From Tubulanus polymorphus (taxonomy: Eukaryota; Animalia; Nemertea), in contig NC_134031.1 in NCBI RefSeq assembly GCF_964204645.1, positions 10,852,088 to 10,916,087 on the forward strand: a DNA stretch of 64,000 bases, given 5' to 3'. Of the stretch, positions 11,322-22,382 are shown piece by piece. Within the stretch, counting starts at the first letter, position 1; every line of letters begins with the position of its first letter. Position numbers and translations under genes: made by a program. The notes below the pieces were generated by a model. That model saw nothing but the letters and a program-made list of their open reading frames with translations. It searched no databases and was not told the origin of the DNA.

Positions 11322-12396
11322 TTATTCTTTTAATTTTACTAGATAAAATCCATTCATTAAATTTATCATCATATCCTTTATATTTCACCAAAGAATACTT
11401 TTTTCCTTTAAGAGTTTTTGTTTTCAATACTTTTTCTATTTTGTATTCTATTTCATCTGGGTTTGGTACAAGTGATAATTCTTGTTCATAGAAATAACCT
11501 AATATTTCTGCATCTTTTAGATCTAGTTTATAAACAAATGGTTTAGTTAATATTATCTTTTTAATCTTGAATATTTCTTCAGTAAAATTAGGGGTATAAC
11601 CTTTATAAAATGTTTTTCTATATTTAGATATTCTTACGTGTTGTCCAATTTTAAATTTAGGTTCGCCGAAATCATGTGTAACAAATGCTCCATATAAATT
11701 ATTCCAAACTATTTCTGAATTATCTTCTTTTCTAGCTTGTATAGGTTTCATATTTATAGAACTATGTTTAGAATTATTATAACCTTTCACTAAATCATCT
11801 AACACATCGATATATTTATATGTTTCATTAGCAGTAAAATATTTCCACATTCTAGTTTTCAATGTTTTATTAAATCTTTCTATAATAGATGCTTTTTTAT
11901 CTGAATGTGTTGAAAAATATTCTACATCGTTATCAGATAATAGTTTTTTAAAATGTTTGTTATAAAATTCTTTACCTTCATCAAATTGTATCTTATCTGG
12001 AATAGCTTCTTTAAATATATTCTTAAAAGCATTTGTTACTTCTATACCAGTTTTATTTTTGATTGGAATTGACCATGCGTATCTACTGAATATATCTATA
12101 ACATTTAATATCCAGAAATATCCTTTGTTGTATTCCTCTAAGTTCTTCATATCAATTAAATCTGCTTGCCATTGTTGATCGATATATGAAACCATAACCT
12201 TTCTTGTTAAATAAGTTTTATCCATTTTCTTGTGGATTTGATATGTTGGTTGATTTTGTAACCATGATTTTAATTCACTATATTTTATATTTTCATTATC
12301 AGATTTAATTTTATTCCATAATTCTGAAACGTTAGAATATGATACTTCACTTTCTGGGTTGTAATATAAATCTCTTAAATATTGTTCTTTTTTCAT
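11296..12396 (-). CDS. retroviral-like (rve, DDE) integrase with C-terminal chromodomain, near intact
   Basis: QQWQADLIDM, VIDIFSRYAW, QFDEGKEF, IERFNKTLK; chromodomain YKIEKVLK..SLVKYKGYDDKFNEWI; one codon lost and stop read through relative to B/C. Confidence 0.93.
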   Translation of the reverse strand: MKKEQYLRDLYYNPESEVSYSNVSELWNKIKSDNENIKYSELKSWLQNQPTYQIHKKMDKTYLTRKVMVSYIDQQWQADLIDMKNLEEYNKGYFWILNVIDIFSRYAWSIPIKNKTGIEVTNAFKNIFKEAIPDKIQFDEGKEFYNKHFKKLLSDNDVEYFSTHSDKKASIIERFNKTLKTRMWKYFTANETYKYIDVLDDLVKGYNNSKHSSINMKPIQARKEDNSEIVWNNLYGAFVTHDFGEPKFKIGQHVRISKYRKTFYKGYTPNFTEEIFKIKKIILTKPFVYKLDLKDAEILGYFYEQELSLVPNPDEIEYKIEKVLKTKTLKGKKYSLVKYKGYDDKFNEWILSSKIKRINEKRFIYI

Positions 12397-12402
12397 CTTA
12401 TT

Positions 12403-12772
12403 CTAATCCATTAATAATAATTTAGATTTAGTTTCAATGGCTTTATGATTTGACTTATTTTCTGGTATGATAGGTTTATTGTCATTGGAATCATCTTTAT
12501 CATCAGATTTGAATTTTGATTTTTATATTACACCGGATAATATAATAACTGTTACTAATCCAATTGTAATATATAATTTATAATAACTTCCAGCATTAGA
12601 AGAATCAGATGGATTATTATTTGAATCAATATCAGATAAAGTCTGTGATTCATTTATATCAGTTAATTTCTTTTTCTTAGCTTTTTTTTAATTCTGCAGA
12701 TCTTTTACCTAATTCTCTTGCCCATTTAATTTGTTTCTCGGATCTAGCATTTTTCTTAACTCCATCACTCAT
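12403..12772 (-). pseudogene. small basic single-TM protein, frameshifted
   Basis: Homologous to intact 37444-37812 and 44328-44711. Confidence 0.7.
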
Positions 12773-12842
12773 TTATTTTAGTTAATTTTTGTTCTGATTC
12801 ATTTTCTGTTTCACGGTTTGGTTGTAGTACATCTGTTTCATT

Positions 12843-13367
12843 CTAACCTGATTTATATTCCATAGGTTTGATGTTCGAAAATGTTATGACGCCAGTAGAA
12901 ATTAATGTCATAACAGATCCTAATTGAAATGAAGCATAACCAACCCATTTTTGTAATTCAGTCATAACTAAGTAGTCATTTTTCAAATCACTATATAATT
13001 TATTTTCATCATCAATTGATATTAACCGGTTACATAATTTTGAATAACATTTGACAATACCATCTGAAATAGAATCATTTATTCGGGCTAATCTTGCCTC
13101 TTCATAAATCTTAACATATTTTATTACTTTATCTGGTTTCATAGCATCTAATTCTTGAAAAGTAATGATTCTATTTAAAAACTCTTTAGATTTTCCACCA
13201 GCAATCAATAGTTCTAGATGGTGTTTACAATATAAATAGTATTCATAATCAATATTACAATGAACTTGAGCACAATTAGTTACAATTGTATCTTTATTAT
13301 CACTTATACCCAAATCATCTAATGTCTTTTCAATATCAATACTATTCTTACTCGATTTCTTTGACAT
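12843..13367 (-). CDS. conserved Polinton hypothetical protein, C-terminally truncated
   Basis: Homolog of 43733-44335 (200 aa) and 37874-38413. Confidence 0.7.
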   Translation of the reverse strand: MSKKSSKNSIDIEKTLDDLGISDNKDTIVTNCAQVHCNIDYEYYLYCKHHLELLIAGGKSKEFLNRIITFQELDAMKPDKVIKYVKIYEEARLARINDSISDGIVKCYSKLCNRLISIDDENKLYSDLKNDYLVMTELQKWVGYASFQLGSVMTLISTGVITFSNIKPMEYKSG

Positions 13368-13673
13368 TTATATTAGAGAAATTTAATAAGAAAAATATTA
13401 TAAGTATTATAAAATGATACTAGATAGTTAAAGTTAAAGAATTCTAGTATTGACTACTGATACTAGCTATTTGAATTTAAAGAATTTCTATTTGAATCTA
13501 TTCAAAATATAATGTATTCTCTTTTTGAAAAGAAAATATTAAAAATATAATAGAATTCACTAGCTAGTTGAAGTTATTGTTTTTTTTATTATATTTTATT
13601 TAAATTAGGATTTAGATTATCTCACTACTATTGTCTATCTATTAGGAGCAGTAATTATAACTGTCCAGATAAG

Positions 13674-13859
13674 TCATTTCGGATCCTTGATATCAAATTC
13701 CTCAACGTATTGTTCATTATTTGGATCATTGTTCCATTGATCAATAAATTTCTTTGCCTTTGTTAACTGTTCTAAATATAACTGTAAATCTAGTTTATTA
13801 GATTTTATTTTATTTTCTTTCTTTTCAAGTTTTTTATTGTATTCATCATTCCTTTCCAT
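13674..13859 (-). pseudogene. internally deleted fragment of the HNH gene (C-terminus only)
   Basis: LDLQLYLEQLTKAKKFIDQWNNDPNNEQYVEEFDIKDPK matches end of 42754-43428. Confidence 0.75.
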
Positions 13860-14069
13860 TTATAAATCAAATTTTTATTAAAATTGATTAACATTTTAGA
13901 ATCCTCTTCCATTTCTTCGACTAACGTCATCCTTTTTCATTCCTCGCTGCTTTTGATAAGTCATTTCGGATCCTCGATAATAAATCCTTAACTGAAAATC
14001 AATTCAACGAAACGACTGGTGGAAATAATATTTCATAAACATATATATTTATTATGTAAATTTTAGCGA

Positions 14070-14410
14070 TCGATAATAGAACAATGGAGAACAATAGAAA
14101 ATCTGTTCAATCGGACCGGTTATTGCGCAATACACAGTTATATTTTTATTCTGTAAACTACAACATTCAAACATAGAACTGTAACCAATCAATATTGAGC
14201 AGCTGTCTCCGTCAACAACGATCAATAATAGAACAATGGAGAACAATAGAAAAGCGGTCCAATCGGACCGGTTATTACGCAATACTTAGTTAACAGTAAA
14301 CAATCAATACAGAACAACCGCCGCCATTAACAACGATCAATAATAGAACAATGGAGAACAATAGAAAAGCGGTTCAATCGGACCGGTTATTGCGCAATAC
14401 ACAGTTAACA
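14070..14410. repeat. three imperfect direct repeats within an insert unique to copy A
   Basis: ATAATAGAACAATGGAGAACAATAGAAAA..CAATCGGACCGGTTATT.CGCAATAC at ~14072, ~14225, ~14340. Confidence 0.8.
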
Positions 14411-14944
14411 GTAATCAATACAATATCAAAACAGATATATACAATCGAGATTACATTTTTGATATCTATATTACAAAGACCTTCAGTGTGTTACGAGAGT
14501 TTCATCCTCCATTTCTATTGATTCCTGAGTTTCACTATCCAGCAGCATTAGTTCCTTTTCCGATGGTTGGCTTAGAATTTCTGGTTCACCTTTGTGTTCC
14601 ATTTTAATCTAAAAGATATCGTGAAAATGAATTACTGTACTTAAATATGTTTAAAGGTTTCCCTACTTCATAATATATGTACTTACATTTAGATTTACAA
14701 CTGTAAACTGTGTTTTGAGAGAGAATATCCAATACGTACTATGTATGTGAAAGTTGATTTCTAACTGCCGACGTGGCGCACGTTCGACCAAACTAATTAT
14801 TTCTGCACAGATGTTCCTTTATGATGAAGTTAATTAATTCTTTAGAATTGAAAACAAGATATATTTGACAACATATGTTTTAGTAGTAAGCAAAAGCTTA
14901 TGTATGCGGTTCATTCTGTGAAATACTATTCCATAATTCAACAA

Positions 14945-15525
14945 ATGTCTTTGCTTTATCCAGTTGATCTAAATATAACTGTAAATCTAGTTTATTAGAT
15001 TTAATTATGTTTTCCTTCTTTTCTAAAGGTCTTAGATTCTTCCAATTCCAAATAAGTTTTTTATTGTATTCATCATGTCAAATTTAGAAATCGGCAACAC
15101 GTGATCAATATGAAAGTATTCACCATAATTATCTATATTCATTTTATCATCGAATTGATATATTATCCATGATTTGAGAAATTCATCTGAACAACCCAAC
15201 AAATTAGATAATGTTTCTGAATGCGTTTCTTTGTTGAATAATTGTGTTAATCTAGATCTTAAACATTGTTTCAATCTAAAATTAAGATCCCTCATATATT
15301 CTGTCATATAATCATTATAAGCTTCTCTATTATCTTCTCGATATTGTTTGGTATATAATTTAGTACAAGTTTTACAGCAATATTGAAAACCATCTTTGCT
15401 AATGTTACGCTTATTAAATTCTGTTATAGCTAATTTATTTCACATTTAGAACACTTCTTGTAGTATATGTTTATAACACCAGTGTTATTTGTAATATTGA
15501 TAGTTTGTGGTTGTTCTGGTTCCAT
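14945..15525 (-). pseudogene. HNH-like endonuclease with N-terminal zinc finger, frameshifted
   Basis: Collinear with intact 42754-43428; HIDHVLPISKF. Confidence 0.8.
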
Positions 15526-15554
15526 TTATTATACATATTTTTTTACTAAATTCA

Positions 15555-15880
15555 TTTTAGAAGTTCAATGATTTATATCATGTATTATTTCAATCACACT
15601 TTACTAACACTTTTAATGTTTAAAAATCTAACTCATACAAATATAAATATTGAAATAATGTTTAAAATATATCTATCTATATATTCTATAAGAGCTTACA
15701 CTTTTATATTGAATAATCTGTCAATTTAAATGTTATTCATATATATTTTATCCATATATATCAATATTTTAAGAGTAATAGGGGTAATAGGCTTTCAGGT
15801 TAAAGGTTGAAAGGGCGAGGGAGTAAAAAATGAAAAATATGAAAATAATAATAATTTCTATTTGAATTAGGAGTGAAACT
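15555..15880. repeat. right subterminal inverted-repeat sequence of copy A plus inner arm of terminal hairpin (AGT at 15774)
   Basis: 15555-15785 closely matches 17143-17375; one lies upstream of HNH, the other upstream of polB, as expected for TIRs. Confidence 0.8.
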
Positions 15881-15960
15881 CATAAAAAATGAAAAATAAA
15901 TTCGAGCGTGCGAGAATTATTTAGATTACTTAGATTGACTAAATGAAATATATCTATGTT

Positions 15961-17113
15961 CTTTTTTTAGGATCATTCCTTGTTTTAGATAAAACTTTAA
16001 CATTCTATAATGTACTACATAATTATATTTATCTTCTTGAGTTACCATTAACTTTTCCGTATGAATATGATTTTCGGGTTTAATTCTTTTTTGATAATTT
16101 GATAATTCTTCGTGAGTTACAGTTTTATGTTCGGGACAGTATTCTGGATTTAAATTTAATATGTTCAGGATATTCTAAATCTACAACAAAGAAGTAACCA
16201 GTATCTGAATCATCTGCAATATCTAGGATTCTTTTCTTCCAATCAAATTTATCATTATTTTCATGTTGTAAAACTTCACTTATTTCAAATACTCCATAAG
16301 GTTGTGGTTCCATCATTGCCCAACCATACAAATTATTTGCATCTATATATAATAACTTATATCCGGGGTTATCATTTACATTGAAATATCTATCACCTAA
16401 TACACCTGAAACTCCTCCTCTTATAGATTTTCAAATAATAGTAATTGATCTATATTTGTTAACAAATCAATTCTGGGCTAGAATAACAATGACAGGATCA
16501 ATATTAAAATATTTTAGGTTTACATCTCTAAACCTTTCGAATATATCCGATAATAATAATACATCTGATTTTAAATATAAATCTACTAATTGTCCATGAT
16601 TTTTCATTCCAAAATGATTCCAAATATTCAATGTTCTATTATATACTTCATCTTTAACATATTCATTTTTTAATTCATCGTAGAATTGTTCTTTCAATAA
16701 TTCAGTTATGTTAAAATCATTATGCGATTTATAAAATGAATATGGAATTGCGCCTTTATATCTCATTAATTGGAAATCATCATTATTTGGGTAGTGTTGT
16801 TTTAATATTTTTAATTCATCATCAACTAATGATTTTGATAAGTTATCTAATTTAACTGTTTAAAAATCTATATGAATCTCTAAATCTTAGGCAACCAAAT
16901 TGGAATGATATATAATTCTCAGATGTTCTAGCTAACATTTTAAATTTATAAGTTGGTATTTTATCTTTTGATCTATTTAGTTTCTAATATATCATCTTTA
17001 TATTCTAATTTCAATTTATTCTCTAAATGTGTTTTAGTTTTATTGTGTCTTGCTTTTTGGGATTTATCTATATTGATATTACATGTTGAACAGTAGTACT
17101 TATTTGCTTCCAT
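15961..17113 (-). pseudogene. pPolB fragment with internal deletions
   Basis: MEANKYY start at 17113; jump from ..LETK to ..RSKDKIPT near 16980; ORFs 16467-16766, 16125-16331. Confidence 0.9.
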
Positions 17114-17363
17114 TTTAATACTAATTTTTTTTTTTAATTGATTTTTAGAAGTTCAATGATTTATATATGAATTATTTCAATCACACTTTACTAACACTTT
17201 TAATGTTTAAAAATCTAACTCATACAAATATAAATATTGAAATATGTTTAAAATATATCTATATATCTATTCTATAAGAGCTCGTTAATTACTCGTTACT
17301 TTTTTACTAACACTTTTATATGTTATTCATATATATTTTATTCATGTATACAAATATTTTAAG

Positions 17364-17679
17364 AGTAATAGGGGTTTAGTTGTTCTAGATTAAAGGTTGA
17401 ATGGTCGAGTTCATTAAAAACAAATATTAAAAGTAATTTAAAACTATAATATATTTTCATAGCCGTGTGTATTTTAGTTAAATAATAGAATATATTTGAT
17501 TTATTTACAAAATGCTTTTAAAATTTAAATTATTTTTATCTTAGAATAAATATTTAGTTATAATAAAAAATACACACGGCTATGAAAATATAGTATAGTT
17601 TTAAATTACTTTTGATATTTTGTTTTTAATGAACTCGACCGTTCGACCTTTGGTATAGAACAACTAAACCCCTATTACT
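17364..17679. repeat. terminal palindrome/hairpin (~316 bp)
   Basis: AGTAATAGGGGTTTAGTTGTTCTA...CATAGCCGTGTGTATTTT / AAAATACACACGGCTATG...TAGAACAACTAAACCCCTATTACT. Confidence 0.92.
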
Positions 17680-20163
17680 GGCGTGTATGAGAAGCAATGC
17701 AATTTGTATCGTCAGCGAATAATATGTACTTCATGTTTACCGTGGAGGCATAGATATCATTGATGTAAATTAGAAAGAGAAGTGGACCTAGGATGGAACC
17801 CTGGGGTACACCGATTTTTGAGGATTGAAGTGTAGAGGAGTTGTAGGATTTGTACGAAACGTATTGTTGACGATTAGAAAGATATGAGGAAAACCAATCT
17901 CTTGCTATTCCTCGGATGCCGTAATGTTCAAGTTTATCTAGTAGTATATCGTGATTAAGAGTGTCAAAAGCCTTCGAAAGGTCCAGGAAAATGCCTATTG
18001 TCCATTCATGGTTATTTAGTGAGTTAGAAATTCTGTCTATGAGTTTGAGTATTGCATGTTCGGTTGAATGGCTGTGTCGGAAACCATATTGGTTAGGAAA
18101 AAGGTGTTTGTCAATGAATTTAGAAAGTCGTTTATGTACAAGTTTTTCGTAGATTTTGGAAAGTGAATTTAGTAGTGAAATGGGTCGATAATTTTCGATC
18201 AGGTTTATGTCGCCTTTTTTATGTAAAGGTGTTATTTTAGCTATTTTAAGTAAATCGGGGAATTTGCCTGTTGAGAAGGATTGATTTAAAAGGCAAGTTA
18301 GAGGGTATGATATGTGGTTGATGATTCTCTGTAGGGTGTATGTGGAAATGTTGTCATGACCACTTGAGTGTTTTGTTTTGAGATTATTCATAGTTTCTAT
18401 GACTTCTCTTTCGCACACTGGCATGAGGAAGAAGTTAGAGTCGGATCTAGGTAAATTGTTCAGGTAGTCTTGAGATGGCATTTGAGACAAGGGAAGTTCA
18501 TTTGCTAGATGTTCACCAATTTGATTGAAGTGATTGTTAAAAGAATTGGCAATTTTGATTGGGTCGGTAGTCTTAATGTTGTTAATTTTGAATGAGTGTG
18601 TAATGTATTGTTTATTGTTAGTTTTCCCGATTACTTCCCTCAGGATTTTCCAGGTGTCTTTTATGTTGCCGTTTGCCATTTTTAAGGATTTTTGGTAGTG
18701 AAGTTTTTTGGAAAGTCTAATGATAGAGTTAAGTTTGTTTCTGTATGTTTTGAAGTTGTGTAGTTCGATAGCACGTAGGATTTCATTTTTATAGATATTA
18801 GGTGTATGTATTTTTTATCTTTGTTGTAGATCGATTGAATTATGCCTTTAGTTAACAATGGACTTTTTGGTGTGTTGTATTTGTTTTGTTTCAGTTTTTT
18901 TGAAGTGGTTTCTGAATTAATTATTGTGCTTAAGGTCGCCGAAAATGATTCGAACGTTTCGTTTATTGAAAGGTTGTTGTTTAGGAGTGTTGGGAAATCA
19001 ATATCGCTGAGTTTATCACATATATTGTTAAATCCTTGTTCACTGATAAAATTTTTTGTGTAAGTTTGTTTACTATTAGGTTTTTGTTTTGTTCTGTGAC
19101 TACACGCAAAAGTGATAAAATGGTCCGAGAGTGGTGTTGTAAGGATGCCCGAGTAATAGTTATGTGAGTTAGTAAATATGTGGTAAATTAGAGTGGCACT
19201 TCGGTGAGTGACTCTAGTTGGCAGGGTAATGAGTGGAGTAAATGAGTTTGTGCTAAGTAATTCGAAAAAAATAGAGCTATAATTTTCTTGATTTGTTTTT
19301 ATCAGGTCAATATTAAAGTCTCCACAGATGAGGATATCTGTATTCAAGGGACTGAGTCTAGCGATTTCCGTTTCCAAAGCTTGTGAAAATTGATGGGTGT
19401 TTGATGCTGGGGGTTTGTAAACTATTCAAATTATTTTCTGTGCGTGATTTCCATTTTTTTTCCAAATTTTGTAGAATTTCCTTTGTACATTATTATCTGT
19501 TGGATTTGAGATGAAGTTACATTCTTTGTACTGAAAGTTTTAGAAAGGAAAAGACCTATCCCACCTCCATGGGAATTTCGAGGTTCAGAGATGAAATTAT
19601 AATTTTTTAGAAGAATTTGAGGTTCGGTGATAGAGTTGAGTTTAGTTTCTTGGACTGCAATCGCGTCAAAAGATAATTTACAGTCAGAATTTAGAATGTT
19701 TAGTAAGTTTTGAAGATCGTTGAGTTTGTTCAAAAGTCCATTGCAGTTCCAGTTCAGGATTTTTAAGTCGGAGTTTTCATAAGGATGCTGTTGGTTTAAA
19801 GTTTCCAGATCATAGTAAGGGGAGCTGTTCATTTTAAGGGATTTTTCAGAGTCATCGGCATTTAGTAATGATGATAGATCTAGACTTTGATTGCTTACTT
19901 CATGGTTAGCGAGAATTTTGGATTTAAGATAATTTAGATTGTCTTGAAGAGAGGGGGTCATTACAAAGAAAGACAGTTAACACAAACGTACTAGTAATTA
20001 GCAGTAGATGGCGAGCTCGACTCATTGATGAATTAGTGTAATAATTAGGGGGTGACACATGAGTAGAATTGATAGAAAAATAGTTGTTGTAGGTTGTTGA
20101 TAGAGTAATTAAAAGCTGATAGTTAGTGTATGGTATAAGTATTAAGGCATAGGGAAGAGACAC
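17680..20163 (-). mobile_element. non-LTR retrotransposon (CR1/L2-like LINE) ORF2 relic: APE endonuclease + reverse transcriptase, cut by the Polinton end
   Basis: APE motifs NWNCNGL, AVQETKL, GGGIGLF, ICGDFNIDL, PTRVT; RT motifs [37 protein letters not shown] a few codons before the junction. Confidence 0.92.
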
Positions 20164-22382
20164 AAGTTAGGTGAAAGATAGAGGATATGAAAATAGAATA
20201 TAAGTAAATCACGAATATCAAACCATTATATCCATGTCCAAGTTCAATACTGTGTTACGATTTAGCTATTTTGGCTAAATAGCAATGCTGTTTGTAAAAT
20301 ATTTTTCATGTAACTTTAGGGCAGAACATCTGCTGTGTTTATAACATTTAGTGTAGATCGACAATTAAGACCCTTCAAACTGGCATCTTTAGGCTTCATT
20401 GTTCCAATTCATAGTATCCATTAGGCTTATCATTATATAAACATTGGTTGAAACCATGGTCTTGAGTGGCGATCTCTCTACTTGTAGAGATTTATAGAGT
20501 ATTTTAGTTATACTATTGTATATAGAATGTTTGGGAGTTTATTTAGTAATTAACTAATGGAAAGGGATTGAGACTTGGGGTGATATTCTGGGGATAAAAA
20601 GGGTTAGTTCAGTAGATTCGGGGAGAACGAGACCAAGTAAGAGAGGAGAACGGGAACTAGTAGAGTAGTAGAGAGAGGAGAACCGAGAGATCAGATCGGG
20701 ATCGTACGGGAGATTAGCCGAGGGATTGGATCTGGATCAGACGGGTCGACTATAGGATTGTAGCCACACCATGGAAGAAATTATATATCGGATAATGGAA
20801 TAAACATATATCATATTATACCAGATAAAGGCAAACTACTGAGTTAAGTTAAGTATACTTTTTATATCCCGGATTCTAGGAGCTAGGCAAATCGTTTACA
20901 AATAGGTTATCGGTAACAAGAGATACCGATAGGTAAGATATATAACATAAGTCGTCCACTTAAGAGAAATCGTAGCGAAAGCGACGTAGCAAAAAGAAAA
21001 CAACGACCACTAAGATCGAACGACACTTAAAATCGTTTCACTGATCGTTTCAACTGATTAGTCCATAAATCGTTATTGTTTGTCCATTAGTCCCGAGTAT
21101 TGGAGACAGAATAGGACAGGTTTAACCCGTCCGCCATCTACCGCGGAATATACGGATCCAATCAGATTTCAGTATTTCATCACGTGAACAATGTAACATG
21201 GCCGCCTCCAGAGTGTCTCGATTTACGTTCCATTGACCGCTTAAAAGTCGGTTTTTACATCAATGGAAGAAAGAAACTCGACCAAAACTATCAGGTAACG
21301 CTTCTGCGAGAACCTGTACTGCGTGTGGCCTCCAAGATATCGACATACAAGGCAGTACGTCTTCGTTACAGCACCATCAAAATCTACCCTGCTCAAAGGA
21401 ACAGTCGTCAATCGACAAGAAGAAAGACGAACTTGAGATGAAATTACCAATTTCTACTGACTGACTTACTGAACTGAACCAGCCATGCAGCAGAGGCCAC
21501 GACACCGGCAATTTGTTTGTTCACTTAAGATGACTGATTGATTATGCTGTATGTGACACTAGATATTAGCAGTCAATTCAGTGTGGTGAAAATATTAGCC
21601 CACTATTGGCCCTTGCGGTAAATGAGCGGTTATTTGGTCGATTGATTGTCGGTAATTAGACGGTAAATCAATGGGTTTTTTCGGTTAAATAATGTCGGAT
21701 TTTGGCGGTTATTACCCGACGAATTTCCGATAGACAGAGTACTAGCGGAAAATAGTCGGTTTTGAGAGTTGCCATGATACTCACAATAGTGCAATCAATT
21801 TCTAACGATGTTCAAAATTCACTTCGTAAGTCAACGAAGCACCGTTAATAGCTATACCCAGAACAGGAGATTTGACTAAATATAGACGACACTTGAATGT
21901 AAGTCACTACAACTTCTATCATTGTTTTATTTACAGCACTACGACCATTCTGCTCGGTGTGTACCGGGTGAGCGGCACATACGAAAGAGGTACTGACGGT
22001 AGATGCGATCAACCAAAAGCGCGATTTGTGCATGTCATACTCGCCCAATGGCAAACAAAAATGACATTAAAACAGAATAACGATGACGTACTCGCGGGCG
22101 CTTTTCATGAAGATATGCGAATTATAAGATAATATAATTTCGAAACTGAATTACAGATGGCAGCACCAACAGAACATTAAATATTCTTATGAAAATAGTT
22201 CCAGGTATTAATGAAAATGTACGATGTTCACGTGTCAAATAAAGTTCTAAACTGAATTAAAATGAAATTTTCAGTTGACTTGTGTTATTCTCATTTCGGT
22301 TCAAGTCCAGTATAGCGTGGAATAGTTCCCCGCTCAAGGATACATTTTTAGAAAAGGAGTAATTCGGCTGCGTACTTTTCAA

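Larger units (their letters stand above)
1..15960 (+). mobile_element. Polinton/Maverick-type endogenous virus, copy A (left end outside window; many genes inactivated)
   Basis: pPolB, capsid genes, A32-like ATPase and rve integrase in two convergent gene blocks; subterminal repeat and half hairpin at 15555-15880. Confidence 0.95.
15961..17679 (-). mobile_element. inverted left-end fragment of the same Polinton family (A')
   Basis: Complete terminal hairpin, TIR and internally deleted 5' part of polB. Confidence 0.9.

Noticed and set aside
20164-22380. Short ORFs as host genes or LINE ORF1
   Set aside because: No recognisable motif; may include LINE 5' region but cannot be supported
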